From Callorhinchus milii (taxonomy: Eukaryota), in NCBI RefSeq assembly GCF_018977255.1, contig NW_024704742.1:42782001-42846000 (forward strand): DNA of 64,000 nucleotides, given 5' to 3'. Numbering within the stretch: the stretch's first letter is position 1; each line of letters opens with the position of its first letter. Both the position numbers and the translations under genes were made by a program. Under the pieces are notes generated by a model that was given only the letters and a program-made list of their open reading frames with translations, did not search any database and had not been told where the DNA came from. Positions 27,406 to 40,526 of the stretch are shown piece by piece.

Positions 27406-28634
27406 ATCTTTGACTTAAAAAGATCTGAATTTAGATATTTTCATCATTCCTCAAAAATTATGCTAGATTACAACAAAATCTTTACCTGCTCCCATTAATA
27501 TAAAACACTCCTAAAACCACAGGTACATTAAGAGAAGACTCTAGTCAATCAAAGGTCCCTTTACTGCTCACACTGAAACTCACACTCAACATTGCCGTTC
27601 ATACTTATAATAAGAATAATACTTGGCACATTGCCACACACACTGCCCTTACAATTCCCATCAAATTGTTACTCACACTAAGACTCATATACCATAGCCA
27701 CTCACTGACACTCAGAACCAAAAAAAACTGGAAATTTTTTAAAGCTTCCATTTTAAGGCCAAAATGGGTAATTTTTCCAAAATTCTGCACAATGAATGGT
27801 AAATATTAAAATTGGTCTTAATATGAGAAATTTCAAGCTCAGTAGGTTTATTCCCATACTTTCAGACGTTAACTGTGAAATTGATAAACTATTCAAAGTT
27901 GCTGTCAGAAAGCTTTTGGAAACTGACATGTGTGAGGCCTGTCTGTGGGCCATTTTAGCAAGTAGCATAATGAGAGAGGGCCGCTAGCTGAAGTGTGTGA
28001 CCAAAGGCTATTGCTTGGTACAGCAGACTGTACCTTCAGCACCTGTGTTCATGGGCTTTTGAAGAAGTGAAATCATGGAGAAACTACTGAGGCCCAAATT
28101 CCACATGGTCATATGGTTAACCTAATTGCCTGAAATATACAATTGTGCAGAACATTGGAAGATTCTTTGGATATTGGTTTTCTGCATGTATTTTATTTCC
28201 AAATTTCTGCATGATCTAAAAGCTAAGGCCAGTTGACATTTAGTCATATGATACACTTGAATTGGACTCCAAATTTAGGAGTACACTAATTTACTACAGT
28301 ATTACAACTTAAAACTGGATTTAATGATGTTGGAAGTCTCTGTGAAGGCCTTTACAAAGAAAGGTCCTTTGAAGACAGCATTACTAGGTTGTACTATTCA
28401 CAAACTGGCAATGAAACTGTCATCTTACTATCCGGAATTGTGCCTTTTTTTAAGAAAAGTACCTGTTGTGCTGCATTGCATACTTTAATTTTCTATTTTA
28501 CAGTTGCATGTATTATATATTTTCTAATATAGCCAGCAGCCTATGGTAACAGTCAAATCAATCAATAATTTTTAATTGTTTCCATAAATGTCCTGAAAAT
28601 ATTTGTTCAGATACAATATTATAATACAGTATTT

Positions 28635-28830
28635 CTATGTTAAAGATGTGGAATAGATTGCCCAGGGAAGAGTGGTGGCAGATAGTATAAGCAAATTCAA
28701 GAATGACTGAGAGATAGCTACCTGAAAAATAAATTGACTAACAGCGAGAGAACTAGAATACTTTTTCTTATTTTGGGGCCTGCCAGAGGTCTTTTCTGAT
28801 CCAGAATATCCTATGTTCCTATACTCCTGA
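28635..28830 (+). mobile_element. CR1 LINE 3' end
   Basis: TGTGGAATAGATTGCCCAGGGAAG (WNRLP motif) and a CCTATGTTCCTAT-type tail. Confidence 0.65.
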
Positions 28831-30009
28831 AACAGGAAGGTGAAGAAGATAGGGTATGTGGATCGGGAGCACAGACAGTAAATGACACAGATGGAGGACA
28901 ATAGATGCTGTGTGTGTATTATACATAGCGCAAGGTATATACTAAAAATAGTGAAATTTAGCTTTAAACTAAATGTCTTTCCAAAATATATTTGTACAAG
29001 AAAAACAATTTGATTCAGTTGAATTGAATATTCTTTGCACTGCTGTATTGCTGTTTGTGGCACCAAAGACCATTCAGTTGATCATTTAATTTTTTCATCC
29101 ATAGCTGAAGTATACTTCAGAGAAGAAATAAGGTGCAAAATATAGCCAGCTGGTGCCTGTCACTTTCCATAGATCAGTTTAATCAATTGTTCCATAAAAA
29201 TCCGACTTGTGTTATGCACCGTTAGTCATTGTGTACAGCTTCTCTATGAAATTTAATTAGATAATTGTATGTTTTAATAACTAAATCATTATATTAATGT
29301 ATCATACCTTTGGCAATGTTTAAATACTTGAAATTAATAATGGATGTTGCTTACAAATCTTTACGATTATAATGTGCTGCACTGCCACAAGCTGACACAC
29401 AGAAAAAATCTGCCATTCTGTGGCACAAGCAGGCTCTTTGTGGACACACATATTTGACAAAATGCCAGTAAACTGCTCAAGGGTAACCATGAAGCTGCCC
29501 AAAAAAACTAACAAAGGTAGTTGTGCGGTTCAACCTTATTAAACATTCATCTTAACCCAAAGGACGGTAATTCACAAATTACAACTTAAAACTGGAATCA
29601 ATTTAGTTTTAAAGAAGAAACCTATTTGGAAAAGGCTAGAATGTGTGCTCAAGTGATGTCCACAGGCAAAGCTTCTGTGAACATTCATATTGCTCACTGA
29701 AGAATCTTGTTCATTGCCACAAATTGAAAAACACCAGTAAAAGGTACTTTTCTAAAATAAATCTCTTCAATTAATAATAATAATATTTGGTATTTTAGTC
29801 AAAAGATCATTCTAAATGTATATTCAAACATCTTTAATCGAAATAAAATAGCATAGATGTACATGTTTGAAGAACACAGACAAATTACCAATCAAATCAT
29901 GAAAAGAAAGCAATAAATAAGATTCTCAATAAATGGGAGTCATATCAGAGATTTGTTTTGTTTGTTTTTCCACAATTCTGTCCTGAAGTTGTTGCCTGTT
30001 GTTTCAATA

Positions 30010-30270
30010 TGATTGCACCAGCTGCCCTCCTCGAGTACCCTACCCAGAAGATAAGTGTTCATCTGCAAGTCCAAACAGTGAGTGTTGGTCGGCTATTCAA
30101 CTGGGATAGGATCTCAGTTGAACACAATTCTATTCTCACCTGATATCCATTGCTGGGCACTTTCCATTCTAAACAATGGATTTTTCTCCTCATTAATCCT
30201 GGGAGGTGAGGTCAATTGCAGACTAGTTCCCTGACTAACTCGGATGAGAACATAGATTAAACCTGGGCAG
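30010..30270 (-). mobile_element. Old SINE-like repeat, related to 41170-41440
   Basis: GGCTATTCAAC...TTCTCACCTGATATCCA...GAGGTCAATTGCAG loosely mirrors 41170-41440 in reverse. Highly diverged. Confidence 0.4.
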
Positions 30271-30509
30271 AACAAGGATAAATAAACCATGAAATCAAAC
30301 AAAATAGTTACTCTTGCTTTGGACAGCTGGCCTACTTTCCATTCCGTTGATAATGTTTAAGCATGTCTATCATAGTTAGCATTACTTGTAACCAAGTACA
30401 GTACTTGCCATTGGCTCCCATGGACGTTTATGTCTTAGCAAAGTCCTTTGAGACAACAATGTCCTCATCCAATTGGGAATAAATTGTAATCGTTAATTTC
30501 TCTATCACA

Positions 30510-30890
30510 ACTATATTAATTCTTGCATTTTGTCTAGCATCCACAATAGCAAACAATCTCAAAGTGCATCACAGAGAATCATTGTTAAGTGTAGATAAAC
30601 AAAGCAACCATTTTGCTCACAAAAGGGTCTCAAAAAGAGACATTAATTTATGCAGAGGATTGTTGGTCAGCACATTGGATAAAACTCTCTTCCCTCTCAC
30701 CCCATCAGTATTGTTTCATGATTTTTAATATTACACTAGTAACTACAGTTAACTTTGTAACTACACTAGTAACTACAGTAAACTTTGTTTTTTAGCATCT
30801 CATCTAAATCTGATCTCCGACAATGCATTATCACAGTACCTCAATAGAGTGTTTGTCTGATACTCAAATTTTGATGTGTGGATTAACTAC
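30510..30890 (-). mobile_element. Degenerate Deu-domain SINE containing a 30-bp tandem duplication (30732-30788)
   Basis: SINE tail TCTTGCATTT at about 30520, then TTTAGCATCTCATCTAAA. Unit TACACTAGTAACTACAGTWAACTTTGT occurs twice. Confidence 0.5.
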
Positions 30891-30989
30891 AATATATGAA
30901 TTACAATATATTTCCTTGTGAAATGTACCCATAAAGGGCTGACCATTGACTTAACATTTCAATTGGTCAACTATTAACAATGATTCTAA

Positions 30990-31270
30990 ATTCACAAGAT
31001 TGGTTTGGATGAAGAATATCGTCCTCCCATCGTAGCAACAAACTGCTTTTTAACGAGTCCAGTATCCTGGCCTCAACCACCTTCCCGACAACCTGTTTCA
31101 GTCATTAATTAACCTCAGAGTAGAGAAAAACTTCCTGGTAAACATCCTGAATTTCATCTTTGCAACTCTTAACCAAATTGTTCTGCTGTCTTGGGGCATT
31201 CTATTGTTCTGGCTTTATTTTTTCAATCCCTATTAAAATGTTATACATCTCTATGAGGTGATTAATTATC
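30990..31270 (-). mobile_element. CR1 LINE 3' end
   Basis: TCACAAGATTGGTTTGGATGAAGAA...CTGGCCTCAACCACCTTCCCGACAACCTGTTTCAGTC. Same family as 25985 and 51965. Confidence 0.75.
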
Positions 31271-31279
31271 TGTTACACC

Positions 31280-32145
31280 ATCCTCGCTGGTCTCCCCAGC
31301 TACACTACCTGCAAGCTCCAACAGATTCAGAACTCTGACGCCCATATTCTAACCCACACTAAACCTCTGTACCTCCATTACACCAGTCCTCGCCGGGCAC
31401 CACTGGCTCTCTATCATGGAATGATCAACTTCAAAATCCTCTCACTCATCTACAAATCCCTTCAGCCCTGACTCCTCCCTACCTTTTTGACCTGCTTTCT
31501 ACCTACTGCCTCCGGCCTCTTAATCGTCTCTCGTCCCCTCCACTTCACCATCGGCGGCTGCACTATAACAACACCAACTTGGATTTATATAGCCCCGTCC
31601 CCGCTGGACGGCGTCTCAGAGTGCTTCACAGTAACGGATCCCGGGGCCGAGCCAAGGGGAGGGGGAGGAAGGTGACCAAAGGCGCGGTCGAAAAGAAAAG
31701 TCTTCAGCAGAGACCTGAAAATAGGAAGAGAGGGGTGAGGCGAAGGGAGTGAGGAAGGGAGTTCCAGAGCATTGCGGCGTAGTGGCTGAAGGCACAGCTG
31801 CCGATGGTAGAGCGGAGAATTCAGGGGACAAGGAGGAGGCCAGACCCGGTGGAGAGAAGGCAACAGGCACTGTTGTGAGGAGAGAGGAGGTCAGAGAGGT
31901 AGAGGGGTGCAAAGGAGTGGAGGGATTTGAAGACAAAAAGGTCAAAGCTTTGGAACTCTCTCCCCCAATCCCTCCGCCTTGCCCCCTCCTTCCCCTCTTT
32001 TAGATCACAACTGAAGAAATTCCTCTTTGACCATGCTTACGGTCACCCCCTTCCCTCCCCCCAGCTCGGCGTCAAGCTCCGCCACAGTTAAGCACTCCGA
32101 GATGCTGCACCCCAAGAAGGGTGCTATATAAATTCAGGTTGTTTT
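31280..32145 (+). mobile_element. L2 LINE 3' fragment split by a nested antisense L2 at about 31565-31943
   Basis: Plus-strand LQQIQNS...HWL...FKIL motifs resume after the insert with LWNSLP and the tail GGGTGCTATATAAATTCAGG(TTG). Confidence 0.8.
31565..31943 (-). mobile_element. L2 LINE 3' end, same subfamily as 3362-5556
   Basis: Close reverse complement of about 5180-5545. Track ORFs 31616-31945 and 5325-5591 share FQVSAE(D/E)FSF(R/Q)PRLWSPSSPSPWLGPGI. Confidence 0.92.
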
Positions 32146-34754
32146 TTATGATTGTAGGTTCATGGCAGAGAATCCAAATGTGTTGATTTTAATTATGGTT
32201 TACCAAACCCACGGGATAATAAACTGGCTGCTTAGCAAGTACTCTGACCATCCGCCCACACACTCTGCCCCTAACATTCGAGAACAACTTAACCTCATGG
32301 CAGTACAATGCCTGACATGTGCAGAATTGTCCTGAGTGGGAGCATGAGGAGAACATTAACCATCTAGACAATGTAGGGTTAGAATAAATCACAGCATTTA
32401 AAAAATATATCATGTATTTTATACACATGTATGGAAACATTTATAAAGCACCTTTCATGTCGGGCGGAGGGAGTGGGAGATGTGAAACAAGCTGGTGATT
32501 GTTGAGCAAAAAAAAATCTGAACCTATATAACAAAAACTACCCCCTAAAAAACATCAAAAAATATTTAAAATCTCACATATGAAAAGAATACAGTCACAA
32601 GACATTTCTCCACACTACTTTCTTGTCTATTTCAAGAATATAGTGAGATTGGAGATTGGAGGAGGAGAAGAATATTAGTGCCTTTATTCAATGAAGTAAT
32701 CTGAGTTTGTGATACTTCTCTTTTGGTGATGAATGCAAATGAATTACTGAAGAAAAGTCTGGCATTTTTTCACTGGGCTCAGTTTGATGCATCAGCTAAT
32801 GATAAATTATGGAATATCTGTATGCAAAGGAGGCCCAGGTTACAAAAGCACTTTTAATAATTCCTGAAAAACACATTTCTTTTCTGTCAGTATCCTTTGA
32901 ATAAAATGTGAAAAATAACTTGGCAGAAAAGTCCAAAGTGTGACATTCCTGAAGGACATCACACTTTGCTTACATCTGACAACAAATCAAGCAGATTTAT
33001 TTTCATCGAATGATAGAAATTACACAGAAGATAGACACAGAAGGAAACCATTTTGCATTGAGCCTAAAATGGTACTAGCTTCTCCGATGGAGCTATCTAA
33101 TCCCTGCTCTTTTCCTGCTACCTTTATAATCATCTTTTTCAAACATGTTTCCATTCCCTTTTAAATGTTATGGTCTCAATCACAAAAAAAATACATTCTA
33201 TTCGATCATGCAGTCCCCTTGGCCTAATGGAAATTATGGAAAATGTGTTGGCTGCACCCACTGAAGAGGATGAAAGAGTGAAACAAGAAAGGGCTATTTG
33301 ACCCACACCTTCTAGTCCATGCAAAACCTAGCCTTAGCGTGGACTTCACCATATCCTCCCTATCTGCTGAGTATTGTGTAAACACTCTTTGACCTCCAGA
33401 GCGTATCAAGCAAAAACTCCACATTATTGTTCTATTCAAACCTGACTCTTTTCCCTCCAGGCACAACAATCCCCTTCCAGCCCTAGTCTAGNAAAAACAC
33501 CACCACCACCAACAAAATTACATTTGTATAGCGCCTTTCAAATCGGGAGGACGTCCCAGAGTTACGGACAGCACTGCATTCTATGTAGAACATGTTCACC
33601 TCAGTTTATATTTATCCTTACTTCATCCAAAACAGTTCTGAAGCAGATACTTAATCAGTTCTGTTTTGAAGAAGTTAATCAATGTGGTGGCTTCAGCTGC
33701 TTTTGATGGAAGTAGCTTTTAAATTTCAAGTACAGTGCAAGCAATTTCTTCCCCATAATTATGGCATGTCAACACAAAATCAGAGTAGTAATGTTTTCTG
33801 ACTACCCTCACAATCATTTATTTCTACAGCGATAGCAGGAGCTTTGCAACAACTAAAAGAATCAATTGGTAATACTGACACTTGAATTGCCATTTTGCAG
33901 ATGAAAATAGAGCAAATAGTGCAATTCTAAATGCTTCATTGTATCCCCAATCTTGATCAACAAGAATAGCCTCACACCTGAGGAACTGGTTATTAAATAT
34001 GCAAATGTATTCTGTAGTGTTAGAAATGGATGAAAGATAAATGTTAGAATCTTCAATATAAAGCTGTATGTTTTCATAAATATATATATTATGCTTATTC
34101 TCTAAAGAACTGCAACACAAATTTTGTGATGCAAATAGTGTACCTGAAATTAATAAATGAAAATTATATCATAGGTTTACAGGTTAAGCACAAGCGTCAG
34201 AATTACACAATAAAACACTAATGTTTTTTTTCTGTGACTCTCAAACACATCAACATCCAGACAACTGTTATGAAAGGAACACTGACACTTAGTTCATCAA
34301 AAACAATGTTGAATCGCTAAAATGACAAGTTCTAGAAACACTAGGATCACCAGTAAAGCTTTTGGCTACAAGCCAAAACCAGAAATAAATGAAGAAAACA
34401 AATGTTGGAACAACCTGTGCTCCTGTGTCTTGAATCATTCCATTTACATAATAAAACCATACTGCACAGGCCAACTTGTTGTTTACTTATGATCTTTACA
34501 TATTTCATATGTCAAGATTGTATATCTCAAGAAAAATCCACTATGGCTGAATTCGAACCTTAAAAAAAAATCTTTAAGCATTTTTCTGGATCAGTAGAGC
34601 CAAGTACAGTATAAAGGAAAAGAAGTGGGACAGCAAGCGACCTTCTTGTTCACCCATCATCATAATTAGAGTGGATTTTTCTCCTCATTCTGGAAAGATT
34701 TAACCTTCAAGTAGCATTATCCACAGTTATGTGAAAGCACTCATGGAGCTGCAA

Positions 34755-34920
34755 TAATAAGTAATAATCCTTGCATTTGATATAGGGCCTTTCACGTTGG
34801 GAGGACGTCTCAAAGCACTTCACCAGATTTACTGTAAAGTGTTGTGACTATATTTATAGGTGAATGTGACAGCCATTTTGCACACAGCAATATCCAAAAG
34901 CCAACCATAAAGAAAATGTC
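34755..34920 (-). mobile_element. SINE 3' half
   Basis: AATAATCCTTGCATTTGATATAGGGCCTTTCACGTTGGGAGGACGTCTCAAAGC...ACAGCCATTTTGCACACAGC. Confidence 0.8.
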
Positions 34921-35024
34921 CAGTTCATCTAGGAATTTTTTGGCTAGGACAACAACAGCTTACATTAATATAAGCGCCCTTTACACAGGTCACTGAGAGA
35001 AATAAAATTTTTTGTGGTGAAATT

Positions 35025-35167
35025 GCAACCAAAGATGCCGGAGTGATCCCGGGCTCACCATCGCCTACAACCTGAGCAAGAAGGAGCTGAACAGAAATAC
35101 CTTTGGTGTCTCCATCCACACCATTGGCAATGGCATATTTGGGATTAAATCGACTGCTGGGGACGCC
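35025..35167 (+). pseudogene. HSP70-family (HSC70/HSPA8-like) pseudogene fragment from the nucleotide-binding domain
   Basis: Reads ATKDAGVI, then after a 1-nt shift GL-TIAYNLSKK...TFGVSIHTIGNGIFGIKSTAGD. HSP70 has [11 protein letters not shown]...AIAYGLDKK...[22 protein letters not shown]. Two internal deletions. Confidence 0.85.
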
Positions 35168-35170
35168 TGG

Positions 35171-35328
35171 GCATCGGTGGCAGAAGTTTTTTATATTTTT
35201 ATATATTTTATATTGAGGGGGTAAGCATAGTTCTGCCCCCCAATGTTTTCATGGGGGTGATGGGGTACTAACCCCCTGTCACCACCACACACCCCCATGC
35301 CCCGTTTCCTGGGCTCTGCCACCAATGC
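35171..35328. mobile_element. Short MITE-like element (possibly PIF/Harbinger-type)
   Basis: 14-bp TIRs GCATCGGTGGCAGA and TCTGCCACCAATGC (1 mismatch), with internal G and C runs. TSD not clear. Confidence 0.6.
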
Positions 35329-36454
35329 ACATCAATAATATTCAGAATTGAACCATTAAAGAGCTCCTAAGGTGATTAAATGGTGAAACTGCAGGGGAAG
35401 ATATTTACCATGGGGACTATCTCAAAATGAAAAGTTGCGAGTATCTCTGTACGTTGCAGTAATTAAAGACTTCACTTTCCAATGCGTGGTTGAGTAAATT
35501 AATTTGGAATTAAAGTCTGCTGGTGCTTATTATGCTATATTGTCACATGTTCAATTACTGCAATGTGATTGCTTATTGACATCCCAAGGTGAACAGTAAG
35601 CCAAAGGTACTTTCTTGGCTTTGTAGGATTATAAAGAATTAGTGCAAAAGGAAATACGCAGTGGTGAGACCCTCTTAAATGTTATCAATTATTAATCCAA
35701 TCAATGGAGGAAGAGCATTTCAAATGATTAACAGGTCAACTGTGGCAGTAAGTACTTTGGACTTACCTGAAGACTAGAGTCCTAAATAAGATCTAAAAAG
35801 TCAATTAAAATTCTACTGGTTTGACATAATCACTGAAGATTTTAATAAACACACATGAACTACAATCTTTTGCATATATATTATCTTAACCTAGTAACAT
35901 ATCATGTACATGAATGCATTGCTAAATCACAGCTATGTATCCCAACAAAGTTTATGATTTTTGCCTTAAATATGTTATGTAATCTCACATTACAGTACTT
36001 CACGTTACAATATCAATGCTTGTATATTTATCATTTTGTCACATCCTTTCCTTCACTAACCAACATCAATTCAAATCATGCCTTCTCCATCTCTTTACAA
36101 TCCAAAATGAAGAATTTAGTGATTTGAAAATGTGCTTTGGGTTACACATTATTCCTGAAAAATAATGAAATTCTTTTTCTCTTGAACAAAAATAAAAAGC
36201 TTGTTTAATGTTGATGTCAGCCCAATGCAAACCAACAGCAGAAAATACAAGATACACACGGTGAAGTTAGCAGTGAATAAACCTGCCTTGTTTTTACTCT
36301 TAACAAAATTCAATTAAACCATGGTAACAGTGTTCACTTCCATCTGTTGCTTTCTATAATGCTGGTGTATTTCAAGAGTCGTAGAAGGGGGGGATTTTAC
36401 TAAATTCACGTTTCTCCATAATGAAAACAGTCGCTCAGAAATTAGCTGCATTTT

Positions 36455-36845
36455 AAATAATAATAATCCTTGCATTTGATATAGTGCCTTATCACGTCGT
36501 TGAAATGTTTCAAAGTGCTTCACAGGATTGACTATGAATTTTGTGTGTAAAACATGGCAAGTTATTCACAGCAATGGAGTGAATGATCAATCTTTTATTT
36601 GGGGGGATTGTTAGCCAGGACACCAGGAGAAATTCCCTTCTCTTTTTGAATAGTTCTATGGGATCTTTAACGTCGATTGAACAGGCAGATTGGATCTTGG
36701 TTTAACGACTCATCTGAAGGACAGCACCTACGACAAGACTGTCCCTCCCCAGTGCTGCATCGGAGTTCCAGCTTAGAGAGTGTGGTTCCTGACGTGGGGC
36801 TTGAAGCCTTCCGACTTACCCGACGAGAGCACAACCACTGAGTTC
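36455..36845 (-). mobile_element. Deu-domain SINE, near full length (tRNA head, Deu core, L2-type tail)
   Basis: Minus strand reads CTCAGTGG...TTCAAGCCCCAC...GTCCTTCAGATGAGTCGTTAAACC...TAAAGATCCCATAG...GTGTCCTGGCTAACA, then the AAATGCAAGG(ATT)n tail. Confidence 0.82.
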
Positions 36846-36897
36846 TGAGCTCAAAATGGCCTTAATATATGCCATTTACATTAAGTATCAACATACA

Positions 36898-37050
36898 ATG
36901 ATAATAATAATAATAATAATCCTTGCATTTGATATAGCGCATTTCACGTCGGGAGGACGTCCCAAAGCGCTTCACAGAATATACTGTAAAGTGAATTGAC
37001 TGTATATTTGTGGGCGAACGCGGAAGCCAATTGCGCACAGCAATGTCCCA
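36898..37050 (-). mobile_element. tRNA-derived SINE 3' part
   Basis: Nearly identical to 10225-10362. Confidence 0.9.
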
Positions 37051-39107
37051 CCAACATCCAATGATAAAGTACTTCTACAATAATGTCTTTCATGCACTAA
37101 ATAAATGTGAAAAACATAGGTTTTAGCATTTATGTCGTTCACATTGGAGGCAAACAGCAATGATTTATCTTGCTAAATTTATAAACTGATTAATTATATT
37201 CAATCCAGACAAAATCTATCGATGACCATTTTAAAATACGAGGGCAAATAGTCAAAACTAAAATGTTTCAGTTTTGATCATTGTTTTCCCCCTTGAAACA
37301 GATCACAATTGCTCTTAAGATTGGTCACAGTTCTTAACATTGTTCTCTAATGAGCAATCAGCTTTTGTTTTTGGTGGTGGGGGCATAAGAGAATGTAAAA
37401 CACAACAGTAACATCTGTAAATAAAAATAGAGACATAGGACCTCCTTCTTATGAGTCAAAGTGCTGTGCACTTTCAAGGCACACTACCATCTCTCAGCTT
37501 CAAAGCTCTTCTCACAATTAATTTATTGCGAGTAGAATTACTCCAATTGCTGTAACATCTAAAAAAAAAGTGATCTGTAAATCTTCCATGGATACCCACA
37601 AGATTGGGTGAGATTTGGCTATCTGGGGAATCAGCAACAAAGACATAATTAGAAGGTCATCAACTAGAATTAACATAACCTTCCTTTTCTATATCAAACC
37701 AGACCAGATCTTCTGATGATCACCTGCACTCAAACAATGCAGTTTACCACGCAAAAGTAATAAAGGTATTTTGTCTTGTAGACTCTTCTCTTTCCCTCTA
37801 TGTAGCTGAAGGCAGCCTTTTTCAGAAGTACCTATTATTTCAGAAGATTGAGAAATCAGAAGATCCAATTTGTTGAACGTAATTTTACAGTACGTGTGTC
37901 TTTTATTAATTTTATGCTAAATGACTATGCTGCCTTTAACTAAATGTTTGGATACAATATATGTGATGACATTGGTGGTAAGAGAATAGTCATATCCTAA
38001 AATGTTTCATACACAATTAGTCAATTAGTCTTTAATTTACATTTTATACACAATATTCATATTTGTTAATTAAGTATACGTTCCTGACAACTTCAAGTAA
38101 CCTACCTACCTTGAAAAATTACAAGCAAACACCTACTCATCTGGGAAACAATTATCTTCAGAGACAATTTCTTCAAAGTCTCAAGAGTGTCAGTGGAGCA
38201 TTTAGCTTTATTACTTTAATAAAGGAGACTATCCAACCATGAAAATTCTCTAACTAGCTGAATTAATCTGAGCAAAATTCCCTACATGAATATAAATTGC
38301 AAGTATACATTATTGGATAGCACTCAGGCTCAAATCCTCAGTTCTATAGAGTCCTCGATCTCAACTGTGCCATGCAGCGAAAGCGAAGCTGCCACTCAAG
38401 AAAAAATAAGCCTCCCACTAGGCAACTATTCTGTACCTCATTACGTCTGGTTGCAGATCATCTATTTAAATGCAGAGTTGTGTAGCCTAGGAACGACCAT
38501 TGAGAATTAAAAATGAGCTACGTAGCTCTTAAAAAGACAGAAAACGCCACCAATTTATATTTATATAGCACTTTTCACATCGAGGAACATCTCAAAGTGT
38601 TTCACACAGCTGATAACATCATTATAGAGAAATGGTAGATAGAAATGAACATTGTTAGAATGGTGTGATCGAATATACTGGAGTTTTTGCTTAATTAACT
38701 TGCAGTTCTAGGAGTTTTTATACACACACTTTAAACCAAGATATAGCATTGATTAAGGAATCGGCTTGGTTTGTCAAATGGTCATTTTTTGTTCCATGCT
38801 TCTTAATGTTCATAAAACTGCTTTTGCTACATTACCATAATGTGCATTAGAGGGTTGTTGTTATCTGAACTTCCTTTGCTCTCTGAAACTGGAATTCTTC
38901 CATACAACAAAAACACAACAATACCACTGCCAGAACAGAGTAGAAATGCAGTCCCACTTCCCAGAACTAATTTTGGGACCATTCCTCAGTGTATAAGGAC
39001 TGGCAGAATAGAAATACTTTATATAAACCAGCGAGAGGGAAAGGGAGGCAAACCATCAGATATGGAACATACAATGTAACTAAGATTGAGAATGAAGATG
39101 TTGAACT

Positions 39108-39430
39108 ATTCCAATGGCTCCCTATAGCCAAACGGATCAATTTCAAGATCCTCACACTCATTTTCAAATCCCTTCATGCCCTGGCACCTCCCTATCTCTC
39201 CAACCTGCCTATCCCCCAACCCACAACCTGCTGACTCCGCTCGACTGCCTTCTGTATGTCCCTCGTGCCCTCCATTCCATCATTGGTGGGTTGCAGTTTC
39301 AGCCACTACGCCCCAAAACTCTGGAGCACTCTTCCTCTATCCCTCCACCTTGCCCCTTCCTTCCCCATCTTCAGGTCGCGCCTTTTCAACTGTGCCTACT
39401 TCACCACCCCCTGCCCCCGGTTCAGCGTCA
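39108..39430 (+). mobile_element. L2 LINE 3' fragment
   Basis: QWLPIAKRINFKILTLIFKSLHALAPPYLS and FSHYAPKLWSTLP. Confidence 0.88.
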
Positions 39431-39434
39431 TGCT

Positions 39435-39755
39435 GGAGTTCCAGAGGTTGGGGCAGAAGGCCCGCCCACCAATGATGGGGTGGACGAGACGGTGAAAGTG
39501 AAGCAGGCCGGAGCCCGCTGAGCAGAGGGAGTGGGCAGGATGGTAGGGGTTAAGAGATTGCAGAGGTATGGAGGAGCAAGGCCATGGAGGGCTTTGGGAG
39601 TGAGGACCAGGATCTTGAACTGTATCCTCTGAGTGATGGGAAGCCAGTGGAGTCGGGCAAGGATGGAGTTGATAGGGTCACGGAGCCTGGTAAGGGAGAG
39701 GATACTGCTGCAGAGTTCTGGATGATCTTCAGCCTATGGAGGGAGGAGTTGCAGT
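39435..39755 (-). mobile_element. L2 LINE 3' ORF2 fragment, inverted relative to its neighbour
   Basis: Minus strand LHRLKIIQNSAA...HWLP...FKIL...LHGLAPPYL. Confidence 0.88.
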
Positions 39756-40254
39756 ACATTTACTTTGAAATAAAATAAAATTTTGGTGTTGTCCAATATT
39801 TAAATGAGAGTGAAGAATAATAAGTTCATATGGTGACCTTCATTTTTGTATCTCATTTATTACAGGATGGTGAAGTGCGATTAAAATATACATGATTAAG
39901 TAAAACTAGAGTTTTACATCAAAATGATCCAGCAGACAGTGGACCATTCATTTGAAAAAATATGAGCACTGCAGAGGGTTAAGTTTGTAATAAAATTCAC
40001 TGCAAAGATCTGGAAAGGCAAAAGTGATGCATTTATCATTGTACCACTTCAAATTTGCTGAGAGCTGGAAAGTTATTCTAATCATAGTGGAATCTTTCCT
40101 ATCAATCTGGAATTTTCATCAGAGAAAATTACTGTTGCGCTGTGGGTTCAAGGAGATATTGCAGAACTTTGGGATTATATTCCGAAGACAATTTTATTCC
40201 TGGTAACAAGACAATATTTAGTGAAAAGCCAGATTTATACTGCTGCAGATCCTA

Positions 40255-40510
40255 CAACAACAACAAATTACATTTATGTAACACCTTTCACATCGAGATG
40301 ATGTCCCAAGGCGCTGGACAGTCAAGGATTTTCACCCAAGCTGGGGGTTTCTATCAATAGGGGTGGAGGGTGGCGGTGGGAGGATGTCTGAAGGCAGAGT
40401 CAAATAGGAAGATTTTGTGATGGGCTTTGAAAAAGACAAGGGATGGAACAAGACAAAGGGATTCCAGGATCGAGTTCCAGGGCATGGAGGCAGAAAGGCT
40501 GAATGTCCAA
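40255..40510 (-). mobile_element. L2 LINE 3' tail fragment
   Basis: (CAA)n-ATTACATTTATGTAACACCTTTCACATCGAGATGATGTCCCAAGGCGCTG. Confidence 0.72.
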
Positions 40511-40526
40511 TTGAATCAGAAATCAT

